DNA from: Escherichia coli
GTDB lineage: Bacteria; Pseudomonadota; Gammaproteobacteria; Enterobacterales; Enterobacteriaceae
Strand: one strand, 5' to 3'
DNA: 64,000 bases
Assembly (NCBI RefSeq): GCF_003334355.1
Contig: NZ_QOWP01000018.1
Shown here: positions 34,539 through 47,722 of the stretch, piece by piece
Numbering within the stretch: position 1 is the first letter of the stretch
Layout of the letters: each line of letters starts with the position of its first letter
Program-made: the position numbers and the translations under genes
The notes under the pieces: model-generated
Database searches by the model: none
The model's input: the letters and a program-made list of their open reading frames with translations, nothing else
Told to the model about the DNA's origin: nothing

Positions 34539-35759
34539 TTAATTTTCCAGCAAATGCTGGAGCAAAATACCGTTGAGCATGGCGCGTTTTACCAGCGCAA
34601 AAGCGCCGATTGCCGAGCGGTGATCCAGCTCAGAACGTACCACCGGCAGATTAGTGCGAAACGCCTTCAGCGCCTGGGTATTAATGCAGCTTTCAATAGC
34701 AGGGAGCAGCACTTTATCGGCTTCGGTGATTTCACCGGCAATAACAATTTTTTGCGGATTAAATAAGTTGATAGCAATGGCGATGGTTTTACCCAGATGA
34801 CGACCGACATACTCAATTACTTCCGACGCCAGACTATCGCCTTTGTTCGCGGCTTTGCAGATAGTTTTGATGGTGCAGTCGTCCAGCGGCACGCGGCTCT
34901 GGTAGCCCTGCTTTAACAGATTCAACACCCGTTGTTCAATGGCAGCGTTGGCGGCGATAGTTTCCAGGCAGCCAAAGTTGCCGCAGTGGCAGCGTTCACC
35001 CAGCGGTTCGACCTGAATATGGCCAATTTCACCGACGTTACCGTTGCGGCCAATAAAAATGCGCCCGTTAGAGATAATCCCGGCCCCGGTTCCGCGATGG
35101 ACACGCACCAGAATGGAGTCTTCGCAATCCTGACTTGCACCGAAGTAGTGCTCCGCCAGCGCCAGACTACGGATATCGTGACCAACGAAACAGGTCACTT
35201 TAAAACGTTCTTCCAGAGCTTCTACCAGCCCCCAGTTTTCTACCTGAATATGCGGCATGTAATGAATTTTGCCGCTGTCCGGGTCAACAAGCCCTGGCAG
35301 GATCACCGAAATCGCGATCAGCTCGCGCAGTTTGCGCTGGTAGCTATCAATAAACTGAGCAATGGCATTCAACAGGGCATGTTCCAGCGTTTGCTGGGTA
35401 CGTTCCGGCAGCGGGTAATGTTCTTCTGCCAGCACTTTGCTGCTGAGATCAAACAGGGTGATGGTGGCGTCGTGACGACCAAGCCGTACGCCGATTGCGT
35501 GGAAATTGCGGGTTTCGGTGACGATGGAGATAGCGCGGCGGCCCCCGGTGGAGGCCTGCTGATCAACTTCTTTGATCAGCCCGCGTTCGATAAGCTGACG
35601 CGTAATTTTGGTTACGCTGGCGGGGGCAAGCTGGCTTTGCTCGGCAATCTGAATCCGCGAGATTGGCCCGTACTGGTCAATCAGGCGATAAACCGCCGCG
35701 CTGTTAAGCTGTTTTACGAGATCAACATTACCTATCTGAGCTTGTCCGCCTGGTGTCAT
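34539..35759 (-). CDS. nagC: N-acetylglucosamine repressor (ROK family)
   Basis: 406-aa ORF with N-terminal HTH and ROK domain. Confidence 0.95.
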   Translation of the reverse strand: MTPGGQAQIGNVDLVKQLNSAAVYRLIDQYGPISRIQIAEQSQLAPASVTKITRQLIERGLIKEVDQQASTGGRRAISIVTETRNFHAIGVRLGRHDATITLFDLSSKVLAEEHYPLPERTQQTLEHALLNAIAQFIDSYQRKLRELIAISVILPGLVDPDSGKIHYMPHIQVENWGLVEALEERFKVTCFVGHDIRSLALAEHYFGASQDCEDSILVRVHRGTGAGIISNGRIFIGRNGNVGEIGHIQVEPLGERCHCGNFGCLETIAANAAIEQRVLNLLKQGYQSRVPLDDCTIKTICKAANKGDSLASEVIEYVGRHLGKTIAIAINLFNPQKIVIAGEITEADKVLLPAIESCINTQALKAFRTNLPVVRSELDHRSAIGAFALVKRAMLNGILLQHLLEN

Positions 35760-35767
35760 ACTTTCTC

Positions 35768-37776
<2,009 letters not shown>

Positions 37777-38108
37777 TATTCACCTCAATAAGTAAAATGT
37801 AAGCCGTTGGCGGATTAGGCATCTTTAAGCGTAACCTGGATTTGCGCAGACAGGCGTCAATCCGACCTGATTTTTTGAATGATAAAATAAGTTTTCTGGT
37901 TTAGCCAGTAAAAGGGAGTGATGATAACGATATTTGGTGACAAAACTCACAAAAGACACGCGTTTAATTTGCGATACGAATTAAATTTTCACACACTCTG
38001 TAGCAGATGATCTAACAATCTGATTACAGAACATCGGCAGTACAATTTGCAGCAAAATAAAAATACGGCTTTAAACGAGCCAAATAGGGTTCTCGTAGGG
38101 GGAATAAG
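37777..38108. promoter_or_regulatory. Divergent nagE / nagBACD control region with a CRP-like site
   Basis: Near-consensus CRP half-sites tGTGAcaaaacTCACa at about 37934-37954, flanked by AT-rich palindromic candidate NagC operators; exact operator bounds not resolved. Confidence 0.55.
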
Positions 38109-40055
38109 ATGAATATTTTAGGTTTTTTCCAGCGACTCGGTAGGGCGTTACAGCTCCCTATCGCGGTGCTGCCGGTGGCGGCACTGTTGCTGCGATTCGG
38201 TCAGCCAGATTTACTTAACGTTGCGTTTATTGCCCAGGCGGGCGGTGCGATTTTTGATAACCTCGCATTAATCTTCGCCATCGGTGTGGCATCCAGCTGG
38301 TCGAAAGACAGCGCAGGTGCGGCGGCGCTGGCGGGTGCGGTAGGTTACTTTGTGTTAACCAAAGCGATGGTGACCATCAACCCAGAAATAAACATGGGTG
38401 TACTGGCGGGTATCATTACCGGTCTGGTTGGTGGCGCAGCCTATAACCGTTGGTCCGATATTAAACTGCCGGACTTCCTGAGCTTCTTCGGCGGCAAACG
38501 CTTTGTGCCGATTGCCACCGGCTTCTTCTGCCTGGTGCTGGCGGCCATTTTTGGTTACGTCTGGCCGCCGGTACAGCACGCTATCCATGCAGGAGGCGAG
38601 TGGATCGTTTCTGCGGGCGCGCTGGGTTCCGGTATCTTTGGTTTCATCAACCGTCTGCTGATCCCAACCGGTCTGCATCAGGTGCTGAACACCATCGCCT
38701 GGTTCCAGATTGGTGAATTCACCAACGCGGCGGGTACGGTTTTCCACGGTGATATCAACCGCTTCTATGCCGGTGACGGCACCGCGGGGATGTTCATGTC
38801 CGGCTTCTTCCCGATTATGATGTTCGGTCTGCCGGGTGCGGCGCTGGCGATGTACTTCGCAGCACCGAAAGAGCGTCGTCCGATGGTTGGCGGGATGCTG
38901 CTTTCTGTTGCTGTTACTGCGTTCCTGACCGGTGTGACTGAGCCGCTGGAATTCCTGTTCATGTTCCTTGCACCGCTGCTGTACCTCCTGCACGCACTGC
39001 TGACCGGTATCAGCCTGTTTGTGGCAACACTGCTGGGTATCCATGCTGGCTTCTCTTTCTCTGCGGGGGCTATCGACTACGCGTTGATGTATAACCTGCC
39101 GGCCGCCAGCCAGAACGTCTGGATGCTGCTGGTGATGGGTGTTGTCTTCTTCGCTATCTACTTCGTGGTGTTCAGTTTGGTTATCCGCATGTTCAACCTG
39201 AAAACGCCGGGTCGTGAAGATAAAGAAGACGAGATCGTTACTGAAGAAGCCAACAGCAACACTGAAGAAGGCCTCAATCAACTGGCGACCAACTATATTG
39301 CTGCGGTTGGCGGCACTGACAACCTGAAAGCAATTGACGCCTGTATCACCCGTCTGCGCCTTACAGTGGCTGACTCTGCCCGCGTTAACGATACGATGTG
39401 TAAACGTCTGGGTGCTTCTGGTGTAGTAAAACTGAACAAACAGACTATTCAGGTGATTGTTGGCGCGAAAGCAGAATCCATCGGCGATGCGATGAAGAAA
39501 GTCGTTGCCCGCGGTCCGGTAGCAGCTGCGTCAGCTGAAGCAACTCCGGCAACTGCCGCGCCTGTAGCAAAACCGCAGGCTGTACCAAACGCGGTATCTA
39601 TCGCGGAGCTGGTATCGCCGATTACCGGTGATGTCGTGGCACTGGATCAGGTTCCTGACGAAGCATTCGCCAGCAAAGCGGTGGGTGACGGTGTGGCGGT
39701 GAAACCGACAGATAAAATCGTCGTATCACCAGCCGCAGGGACAATCGTGAAAATCTTCAACACCAACCACGCGTTCTGCCTGGAAACCGAAAAAGGCGCG
39801 GAGATCGTCGTCCATATGGGTATCGACACCGTAGCGCTGGAAGGTAAAGGCTTTAAACGTCTGGTGGAAGAGGGTGCGCAGGTAAGCGCAGGGCAACCGA
39901 TTCTGGAAATGGATCTGGATTACCTGAACGCTAACGCCCGCTCGATGATTAGCCCGGTGGTTTGCAGCAATATCGACGATTTCAGTGGCTTGATCATTAA
40001 AGCTCAGGGCCATGTTGTGGCGGGTCAAACACCGCTGTATGAAATCAAAAAGTAA
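38109..40055 (+). CDS. nagE: PTS N-acetylglucosamine-specific EIICBA
   Basis: 648-aa ORF: membrane EIIC, EIIB (CITRLR Cys), EIIA with conserved His. Confidence 0.95.
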   Translation: MNILGFFQRLGRALQLPIAVLPVAALLLRFGQPDLLNVAFIAQAGGAIFDNLALIFAIGVASSWSKDSAGAAALAGAVGYFVLTKAMVTINPEINMGVLAGIITGLVGGAAYNRWSDIKLPDFLSFFGGKRFVPIATGFFCLVLAAIFGYVWPPVQHAIHAGGEWIVSAGALGSGIFGFINRLLIPTGLHQVLNTIAWFQIGEFTNAAGTVFHGDINRFYAGDGTAGMFMSGFFPIMMFGLPGAALAMYFAAPKERRPMVGGMLLSVAVTAFLTGVTEPLEFLFMFLAPLLYLLHALLTGISLFVATLLGIHAGFSFSAGAIDYALMYNLPAASQNVWMLLVMGVVFFAIYFVVFSLVIRMFNLKTPGREDKEDEIVTEEANSNTEEGLNQLATNYIAAVGGTDNLKAIDACITRLRLTVADSARVNDTMCKRLGASGVVKLNKQTIQVIVGAKAESIGDAMKKVVARGPVAAASAEATPATAAPVAKPQAVPNAVSIAELVSPITGDVVALDQVPDEAFASKAVGDGVAVKPTDKIVVSPAAGTIVKIFNTNHAFCLETEKGAEIVVHMGIDTVALEGKGFKRLVEEGAQVSAGQPILEMDLDYLNANARSMISPVVCSNIDDFSGLIIKAQGHVVAGQTPLYEIKK

Positions 40056-40064
40056 TCTGCTTTA

Positions 40065-40094
40065 TGCCTGATGCGACGCTTGAGCGTCGCATCC
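40065..40094. repeat. REP-like palindrome
   Basis: tgcctgatgcgacgcttgagcgtcgcatcc. Confidence 0.5.
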
Positions 40095-40103
40095 AACAAT
40101 GAC

Positions 40104-40138
40104 AAGCGGTGGAGATCTTCTCTGCCGCTTTTTTTTTC
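40104..40138 (+). terminator. nagE intrinsic terminator
   Basis: Hairpin (aagcggtggaga...tctctgccgctt) followed by T9. Confidence 0.7.
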
Positions 40139-40257
40139 ATCAATCATCCCCATAATCCTTGTTAGATTATCAATTTTAAAAAACTAACAGTTGTCAGCCT
40201 GTCCCGCTTATAAGATCATACGCCGTTATACGTTGTTTACGCTTTGAGGAATCCACG

Positions 40258-41922
40258 ATGAGTGAGGCAGAAGCCCGCCCGACTAACTTTATCCGTCAGA
40301 TCATCGATGAAGATCTGGCCAGTGGTAAGCACACCACAGTACACACCCGTTTCCCGCCGGAGCCGAATGGCTATCTGCATATTGGCCATGCGAAATCTAT
40401 CTGCCTGAACTTCGGGATCGCCCAGGACTATAAAGGCCAGTGCAACCTGCGTTTCGACGACACTAACCCGGTAAAAGAAGATATCGAGTATGTTGAGTCG
40501 ATCAAAAACGACGTAGAGTGGTTAGGTTTTCACTGGTCTGGTAACGTCCGTTACTCCTCCGATTATTTTGATCAGCTCCACGCCTATGCGATCGAACTGA
40601 TCAATAAAGGCCTGGCGTACGTTGATGAACTGACGCCGGAACAGATCCGCGAATACCGCGGCACCCTGACGCAACCGGGTAAAAACAGCCCGTACCGCGA
40701 CCGCAGCGTTGAAGAGAACCTGGCGCTGTTCGAAAAAATGCGTGCCGGTGGTTTTGAAGAAGGTAAAGCCTGCCTGCGTGCGAAAATCGACATGGCTTCA
40801 CCGTTTATCGTGATGCGCGATCCGGTGCTGTACCGTATTAAATTTGCTGAACACCACCAGACTGGCAACAAGTGGTGCATCTACCCGATGTACGACTTCA
40901 CCCACTGCATCAGCGATGCCCTGGAAGGTATTACGCACTCTCTGTGTACGCTTGAGTTCCAGGACAACCGTCGTCTGTACGACTGGGTACTGGACAACAT
41001 CACGATTCCTGTTCACCCGCGCCAGTATGAGTTCTCGCGCCTGAATCTGGAATACACCGTGATGTCCAAGCGTAAGTTGAACCTGCTGGTGACCGACAAG
41101 CACGTTGAAGGCTGGGATGACCCGCGTATGCCGACCATTTCCGGTCTGCGTCGTCGTGGTTACACTGCGGCTTCTATTCGTGAGTTCTGCAAACGCATCG
41201 GCGTGACCAAGCAGGACAACACCATTGAGATGGCGTCGCTGGAATCCTGCATCCGTGAAGATCTCAACGAAAATGCGCCGCGCGCAATGGCGGTTATCGA
41301 TCCGGTGAAACTGGTTATCGAAAACTATCAGGGCGAAGGCGAAATGGTTACCATGCCGAACCATCCGAACAAACCGGAAATGGGCAGCCGTCAGGTGCCG
41401 TTTAGCGGTGAGATTTGGATTGATCGCGCCGATTTCCGCGAAGAAGCTAACAAGCAGTACAAACGTCTGGTGCTGGGTAAAGAAGTGCGTCTGCGTAATG
41501 CTTATGTGATTAAGGCAGAACGCGTCGAGAAAGATGCCGAAGGTAATATCACCACCATCTTCTGTACTTATGACGCCGATACCTTAAGCAAAGATCCGGC
41601 AGATGGTCGTAAAGTCAAAGGTGTTATTCACTGGGTGAGCGCGGCACATGCGCTGCCGGTTGAAATCCGTTTGTATGACCGTCTGTTCAGCGTGCCTAAC
41701 CCAGGTGCTGCGGATGATTTCCTGTCGGTGATTAACCCGGAATCGCTGGTGATCAAACAGGGCTTTGCTGAACCGTCGCTGAAAGATGCGGTTGCGGGTA
41801 AAGCATTCCAGTTTGAGCGTGAAGGTTACTTCTGCCTCGATAGCCGCCATTCTACGGCGGAAAAACCGGTATTTAACCGCACCGTTGGGCTGCGTGATAC
41901 CTGGGCGAAAGTAGGCGAGTAA
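40258..41922 (+). CDS. glnS: Glutamine--tRNA ligase
   Basis: 554-aa ORF with HIGH (HIGH at [10 protein letters not shown]) and VMSKR (KMSKS-like) motifs. Confidence 0.95.
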
Positions 41923-41937
41923 TTTTAAGTTTCGCTA

Positions 41938-42102
41938 TGCCGGATGGGGCGTTTACGTCGCATCCGGCAAGGAACAGACAAACAGTTTCAAACGCTAAAT
42001 TGCCTGATGCGCTACGCTTATCAGGCCTACATGATCTCTGCAATATATTGAGTTTGCGTGCTTTTGTAGGCCGGATAAGGCGTTCACGCCGCATCCGGTA
42101 AG
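41938..42102. repeat. BIME cluster of three REP units
   Basis: tgccggatggggcgtttacgtcgcatccggcaa, ttgcctgatgcgctacgcttatcaggcctac, gtaggccggataaggcgttcacgccgcatccggtaag. Confidence 0.75.
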
Positions 42103-42116
42103 AAACAGCAAACAAT

Positions 42117-42147
42117 CCAAAACGCCGCGTTCAGCGGCGTTTTTTCT
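42117..42147 (+). terminator. Intrinsic terminator after the glnS BIME
   Basis: Stem aacgccgc / gcggcgtt, loop gttca, then T6. Confidence 0.75.
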
Positions 42148-42498
42148 GCTTTTCTTCGCGAATTAATTCCGCTTCGCAATTTATCCATAAAATAAATTTA
42201 AAATAACAAAACATAATTAAATAAAATGTAACCGCTTTCATCTTGCTGGAATTTCACGCTTTTATTCTTCTGCAAGCCTTTCAACCGCAAACTTAAGCCT
42301 TGTAACAAAAATCATCAAAATATGTGCGGTTGCTCATGTTCTTACATTCTGGTTACAGAAAGAGATTGATAATTCGCGTCGCGAAAAATAGTCTGTTCCT
42401 GTAGTCAGCGAGACTTTTCTCAACGCTACTTTTTTAATTTTTATTTTTTCGCTGTTCACCTTTGGTGCAGCAATTTATACGTCAAAGAGGATTAACCC

Positions 42499-43905
42499 AT
42501 GCGTACGTTTAGTGGCAAACGTAGTACGCTGGCGCTGGCTATCGCCGGTGTTACAGCAATGTCGGGCTTTATGGCAATGCCGGAGGCTCGCGCCGAAGGA
42601 TTCATCGACGATTCAACCTTAACCGGCGGTATATATTACTGGCAGCGTGAACGCGACCGTAAAGATGTTACCGACGGCGACAAATACAAAACCAACCTTT
42701 CTCACTCCACCTGGAATGCCAACCTCGATTTTCAGTCTGGTTATGCTGCTGATATGTTCGGCCTTGATATTGCCGCGTTTACGGCGATTGAAATGGCGGA
42801 AAACGGCGACAGCTCTCACCCGAACGAAATCGCGTTTTCAAAAAGTAATAAAGCCTATGACGAAGACTGGTCCGGCGACAAAAGCGGTATAAGCCTGTAT
42901 AAAGCAGCGGCCAAATTTAAATACGGTCCGGTTTGGGCGAGGGCAGGTTATATTCAGCCAACCGGTCAGACGCTGTTAGCGCCTCACTGGAGCTTTATGC
43001 CGGGTACTTATCAGGGTGCGGAAGCCGGAGCGAATTTTGATTACGGCGATGCCGGTGCGTTGAGTTTCTCCTACATGTGGACCAACGAATACAAAGCGCC
43101 GTGGCATCTGGAAATGGATGAGTTTTATCAGAACGATAAAACCACCAAAGTTGATTATCTGCACTCCCTTGGGGCGAAATACGACTTCAAAAATAACTTC
43201 GTACTGGAAGCGGCTTTTGGTCAGGCGGAAGGGTATATCGATCAATATTTTGCCAAAGCCAGCTACAAATTTGATATCGCCGGTAGCCCGTTAACCACCA
43301 GCTACCAGTTCTACGGTACCCGCGATAAAGTTGACGATCGCAGCGTCAACGACCTTTATGACGGCACCGCCTGGCTGCAGGCGTTGACCTTTGGTTACCG
43401 GGCGGCTGACGTAGTGGATTTGCGCCTCGAAGGCACCTGGATTAAGGCTGACGGTCAGCAGGGATACTTCCTGCAACGTATGACTCCAACCTACGCTTCC
43501 TCAAACGGTCGCCTGGATATCTGGTGGGACAACCGTTCTGACTTCAACGCCAACGGCGAAAAAGCAGTCTTCTTCGGTGCGATGTATGACCTGAAAAACT
43601 GGAATCTTCCAGGCTTCGCCATCGGCGCTTCCTACGTTTACGCATGGGATGCTAAACCTGCGACCTGGCAGAGCAATCCGGATGCGTACTACGACAAAAA
43701 CCGGACTATTGAAGAGTCTGCATACAGCCTGGATGCGGTCTACACCATTCAGGACGGTCGCGCCAAAGGCACGATGTTCAAACTGCATTTCACCGAATAC
43801 GACAACCACTCCGACATCCCAAGCTGGGGCGGTGGTTACGGCAACATCTTCCAGGATGAGCGTGACGTGAAATTTATGGTAATCGCACCATTCACCATCT
43901 TCTGA
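42499..43905 (+). CDS. chiP: Chitooligosaccharide outer-membrane porin (OprD family)
   Basis: 468-aa ORF with signal peptide, C-terminal Phe; long AT-rich leader upstream. Confidence 0.9.
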   Translation: MRTFSGKRSTLALAIAGVTAMSGFMAMPEARAEGFIDDSTLTGGIYYWQRERDRKDVTDGDKYKTNLSHSTWNANLDFQSGYAADMFGLDIAAFTAIEMAENGDSSHPNEIAFSKSNKAYDEDWSGDKSGISLYKAAAKFKYGPVWARAGYIQPTGQTLLAPHWSFMPGTYQGAEAGANFDYGDAGALSFSYMWTNEYKAPWHLEMDEFYQNDKTTKVDYLHSLGAKYDFKNNFVLEAAFGQAEGYIDQYFAKASYKFDIAGSPLTTSYQFYGTRDKVDDRSVNDLYDGTAWLQALTFGYRAADVVDLRLEGTWIKADGQQGYFLQRMTPTYASSNGRLDIWWDNRSDFNANGEKAVFFGAMYDLKNWNLPGFAIGASYVYAWDAKPATWQSNPDAYYDKNRTIEESAYSLDAVYTIQDGRAKGTMFKLHFTEYDNHSDIPSWGGGYGNIFQDERDVKFMVIAPFTIF

Positions 43906-43954
43906 TGCCCGACGCGGCAGGTTTTGTGCCTGCCGCACATTTGAGGAATTTGCT

Positions 43955-44281
43955 ATGAAAAAACTGATTCTCATCGCCATGATGGCATCGGGGCTGGTGG
44001 CTTGTGCGCAATCAACCGCGCCACAGGAAGACAGCCGTCTGAAAGAGGCATACAGCGCCTGTATCAACACCGCACAAGGTTCGCCAGAAAAAATTGAAGC
44101 CTGCCAGAGCGTGTTAAACGTGCTGAAGAAAGAGAAACAACATCAGCAGTTTGCCGACCAGGAAAGTGTACGCGTACTGGATTATCAGCAGTGTCTGCGT
44201 GCAACGCAAACCGGAAATGATCAGGCGGTGAAAGCCGATTGTGATAAAGTCTGGCAGGAAATTCGCAGTAATAACAAATAA
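43955..44281 (+). CDS. chiQ: Lipoprotein ChiQ
   Basis: 108-aa ORF with lipobox LVAC. Confidence 0.85.
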   Translation: MKKLILIAMMASGLVACAQSTAPQEDSRLKEAYSACINTAQGSPEKIEACQSVLNVLKKEKQHQQFADQESVRVLDYQQCLRATQTGNDQAVKADCDKVWQEIRSNNK

Positions 44282-44321
44282 GTGAGAGCTGTAACTCTCG
44301 CTTTTCTTATTTCCCTTGCAT

Positions 44322-44349
44322 AAAAAAGCCAACCCGCAGGTTGGCTTTT
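44322..44349. terminator. Bidirectional terminator between convergent chiQ and fur
   Basis: Stem agccaacc / ggttggct, loop cgca, A5 before and T3 after. Confidence 0.7.
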
Positions 44350-44364
44350 CTCGTTCAGGCTGGC

Positions 44365-44811
44365 TTATTTGCCTTCGTGCGCGTGCTCATCTTCGCGGCA
44401 ATCGCCTTCGGCACAGTGACCGTAAAGATAGAGACTGTGGTTAGTCAGGCGAATGCCATGTTTTGCGGCAATTTCACGCTGACGCGCTTCGATGGAATCA
44501 TCACTAAATTCGATAACCTTGCCGCAGTCGAGGCAGATCAGGTGATCGTGGTGATGTTGCTGTGTCAGTTCAAATACGGATTTACCGCCTTCAAAATTGT
44601 GGCGGGTGACGATACCAGCGTCGTCAAACTGGTTCAGTACGCGATATACCGTAGCCAGACCAATTTCTTCACCCATATCGATCAGACGTTTGTATAAATC
44701 TTCCGCACTGACGTGATGGTTGTCCGGCTCCTGAAGAACTTCCAGGATTTTTAAACGAGGAAGCGTTACTTTCAGGCCAGCTTTCTTTAGGGCGGTATTG
44801 TTATCAGTCAT
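44365..44811 (-). CDS. fur: Ferric uptake regulator
   Basis: 148-aa ORF (MTDNNTALKKAGLKVTLPRLKILEV...). Confidence 0.95.
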   Translation of the reverse strand: MTDNNTALKKAGLKVTLPRLKILEVLQEPDNHHVSAEDLYKRLIDMGEEIGLATVYRVLNQFDDAGIVTRHNFEGGKSVFELTQQHHHDHLICLDCGKVIEFSDDSIEARQREIAAKHGIRLTNHSLYLYGHCAEGDCREDEHAHEGK

Positions 44812-44890
44812 GCGGAATCTGTCCTGTTACTAAGCGGTTCACTTCATTAGAAGAAGTGACAGAATTTGCTCTTGAGATAATGCGTATCAT
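44804..44890 (-). CDS. uof: Fur upstream leader ORF (28 aa)
   Basis: MIRIISRANSVTSSNEVNRLVTGQIPHD; stop overlaps the fur start; a Fur-box-like palindrome gataatgcgtatcattat lies at 44876-44893. Confidence 0.55.
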   Translation of the reverse strand: MIRIISRANSVTSSNEVNRLVTGQIPHD

Positions 44891-45099
44891 TATAGAATTG
44901 CCACGCCTAAATGAAAACCACAAGTCCCTGGCAAATATTGTTAATAAAAACGTGGCATAGCTTACATTTACAACGGCAAGGCCACTTGAACACCGGGACA
45001 TTGTACAGGTACAACAGCAAAAGTTACAAATTTGTAGCAATTATTTTGATTGGCATTATCTATTAATACGGCGTAGACATGAGTCTACGCCGCATCACA

Positions 45100-45630
45100 T
45101 CAGGCATTGAGAATTTCGTCGAGATGCAACTCTTCAGAAATCTGTTTAACCCATTTTTCTACACGTTCAGCGGTCAGTTCCGGCTGACGGTCTTCGTCGA
45201 TAGCCAGACCGACAAAGTGGTCGTCATCTGCCAGACCTTTTGATGCTTCGAAATGATAGCCCGCAGTTGGCCAGTGACCAACGATGGTTGCACCGCGCGG
45301 TTCAATGATGTCGCGGATGGTGCCCAATGCGTCGCAGAAATATTCGGCGTAATCTTCCTGGTCACCACAACCAAACAGCGCAACCAGTTTGCCATTGAAA
45401 TCAATCTCTTCGAGAGTCGGGAAGAAGTCATCCCAGTCACACTGCGCTTCGCCGTAATACCAGGTTGGGATGCCCAGCAGCAGAATGTCATAAGCTTCCA
45501 GATCTTCTTTGCTGCTTTTTGCAATGTCATGGACATCGGCAACGTCTTTACCAAGCTGTTTTTGAATCATTTTTGCGATATTTTCGGTATTACCGGTGTC
45601 GCTGCCGAAAAAGATGCCAGTGATAGCCAT
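45100..45630 (-). CDS. fldA: Flavodoxin 1
   Basis: Start trimmed to ATG 45628-45630 ([19 protein letters not shown]-binding loop), 176 aa. Confidence 0.95.
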
Positions 45631-45769
45631 GAGTGAAATAACCTCTTGAAACTTATTGAAATGGGGGTGGAAAATTGCCCACGGATAAAGGCAATCATAG
45701 CAGAACAGGCAGTCTTGCGGAATCAGCAAACGAGCAGGACTGCACACTGTGCTACATGAAAGTGGAAAT

Positions 45770-46063
45770 TTAAACGATGCCCTGACTACGCAGCGCCGCC
45801 AGTTGCTGCATTAACATCTCTTCGATCAGTTCGCTACGGCTCATATTGCGCGATTCCGCCAGCTCGTTCAGCGCCTCGACAGCTTCCGCGTTCAGCTTCA
45901 GTTCGACACGCTTAAGGCCACGTACTTTGTCGCGTTTTAGCTGGTTGCGTTTATTAATACGCAGCTGTTCATCGCGCGAAAGCGGATTAGTTTTCGGTCG
46001 TCCCGGTCGACGCTCGTGCGCGAACAGATCTAATGTCGTACGGTCCGTTTGTTCTTTGGCCAT
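45770..46063 (-). CDS. ybfE: Small conserved protein YbfE
   Basis: Start trimmed to ATG 46061-46063 giving 97 aa; ribbon-helix-helix-like C-terminus. Confidence 0.75.
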   Translation of the reverse strand: MAKEQTDRTTLDLFAHERRPGRPKTNPLSRDEQLRINKRNQLKRDKVRGLKRVELKLNAEAVEALNELAESRNMSRSELIEEMLMQQLAALRSQGIV

Positions 46064-46202
46064 GATCTTGGTGACTTCGGGGGAAACAATCAGCCAGGCC
46101 TCTGCCCGGATGGATAGCGCGCCATAATACATCAGCGCGATGAGTCACGCCAACGCCCACGCGCGGAAAGCGACGCGGACGCTGGGTTTTTAATCAGTTG
46201 TG

Positions 46203-46967
46203 TTAATCATTGAGATAGCGACGGATAGCGCGTAATACCGCATCCGGTTTTTCAGCATGGACCCAGTGACCCGCGCCTGCAATCACATGCGCCCGTGCCT
46301 GTGGAAATTGTGCCAGTAAATCATCACGGTACTGCTCGCTAACATACGGAGAATTACCACCAGGGATAAACAGGGCAGGGTGATCCCATGCCGGGATTTT
46401 CTCCCAACCCACAATATGCGGATACTGATCCCACAATACCGGCACGTTAAAGCGCCACTCCCCGTCAACAAAAGATTTCAACAGAAACTGAATCACCCCT
46501 TCTTCATTAAGATGCTGGCGCATTATTGCTGCTGCTTGCTGGCGAGTTTGTGCGTCCGATTCACTGACCGCGTTGATAGCTGCGAAAATCTCATCATGAC
46601 GGCGTACGTGATAGTCGACCGGTGCGATATCGATCGCCACCAGTTTATCGATGCGATCGGGGGCCAGTGCAGTAAGTGCCATTACCGCTTTACCGCCCAT
46701 GGAGTGACCGATAAATGTTGCTTTGTCGATCTGCAGTGCATCCAGGGTATCAACAAGATCCTGCGCCATCGCCGGGTAATTCATTACCGGCTCTCTCGGT
46801 GAAAGACCGTGGTTACGCATATCAACCTGGATGATATTGTGATCGTTTACCAGATCGCGAGCCAGTACGCCAAGGTTGTCGAGGCTACCAAACAGACCAT
46901 GGACAAGAACGATGGGAGAATTATTGTGCTGGTTTTGTGCAGTTTGCGCGCGGATATTCAATTTCAT
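46203..46967 (-). CDS. ybfF: Alpha/beta hydrolase esterase
   Basis: 254-aa ORF with GHSMGG nucleophile elbow. Confidence 0.9.
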   Translation of the reverse strand: MKLNIRAQTAQNQHNNSPIVLVHGLFGSLDNLGVLARDLVNDHNIIQVDMRNHGLSPREPVMNYPAMAQDLVDTLDALQIDKATFIGHSMGGKAVMALTALAPDRIDKLVAIDIAPVDYHVRRHDEIFAAINAVSESDAQTRQQAAAIMRQHLNEEGVIQFLLKSFVDGEWRFNVPVLWDQYPHIVGWEKIPAWDHPALFIPGGNSPYVSEQYRDDLLAQFPQARAHVIAGAGHWVHAEKPDAVLRAIRRYLND

Positions 46968-47151
46968 GGCAAAGTTCTTTTTTTCGCGTTGTCGGGTTAG
47001 GGTATTATGTTGACCATTGTGCCACAGGGCTGCAACAAATAAGGTTTATTCCGAGTTTTTCTGCAAGCCAGGCTTGACGCTATCCGCTGCCGGGATTTAT
47101 TCATATACTCCTGGCGACTTGTATTCAGCTAAGACACTGCACTGGATTAAG

Positions 47152-47697
47152 ATGAAAACGATTGAAGTTGATGATGAACTCTACAGCTATATTGCCAGCC
47201 ACACTAAGCATATCGGCGAGAGCGCATCCGACATTTTACGGCGTATGTTGAAATTTTCCGCCGCATCACAGCCTGCTGCTCCGGTGACGAAAGAGGTTCG
47301 CGTTGCGTCACCTGCTATCGTCGAAGCGAAGCCGGTCAAAACGATTAAAGACAAGGTTCGCGCAATGCGTGAACTTCTGCTTTCGGACGAATACGCAGAG
47401 CAAAAGCGAGCGGTCAATCGCTTTATGCTGCTGTTGTCTACACTATATTCTCTTGACGCCCAGGCGTTTGCCGAAGCAACGGAATCGTTGCACGGTCGTA
47501 CACGCGTTTACTTTGCGGCAGATGAACAAACGCTGCTGAAAAATGGTAATCAGACCAAGCCGAAACATGTGCCAGGCACGCCGTATTGGGTGATCACCAA
47601 CACCAACACCGGCCGTAAATGCAGCATGATCGAACACATCATGCAGTCGATGCAATTCCCGGCGGAATTGATTGAGAAGGTTTGCGGAACTATCTAA
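47152..47697 (+). CDS. seqA: Replication initiation negative regulator SeqA
   Basis: Start at ATG 47152 ([18 protein letters not shown]) giving 181 aa. Confidence 0.95.
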
Positions 47698-47722
47698 AAC
47701 GTTGCAGACAAAGGACAAAGCA

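Noticed and set aside
45070-45091. Hairpin ggcgtagacatgagtctacgcc near the fldA 3' end, and Fur-box-like AT-rich sequence at about 45040-45060
   Set aside because: Hairpin is plausibly the fldA terminator; the AT-rich motif is too degenerate to call a Fur box by eye.
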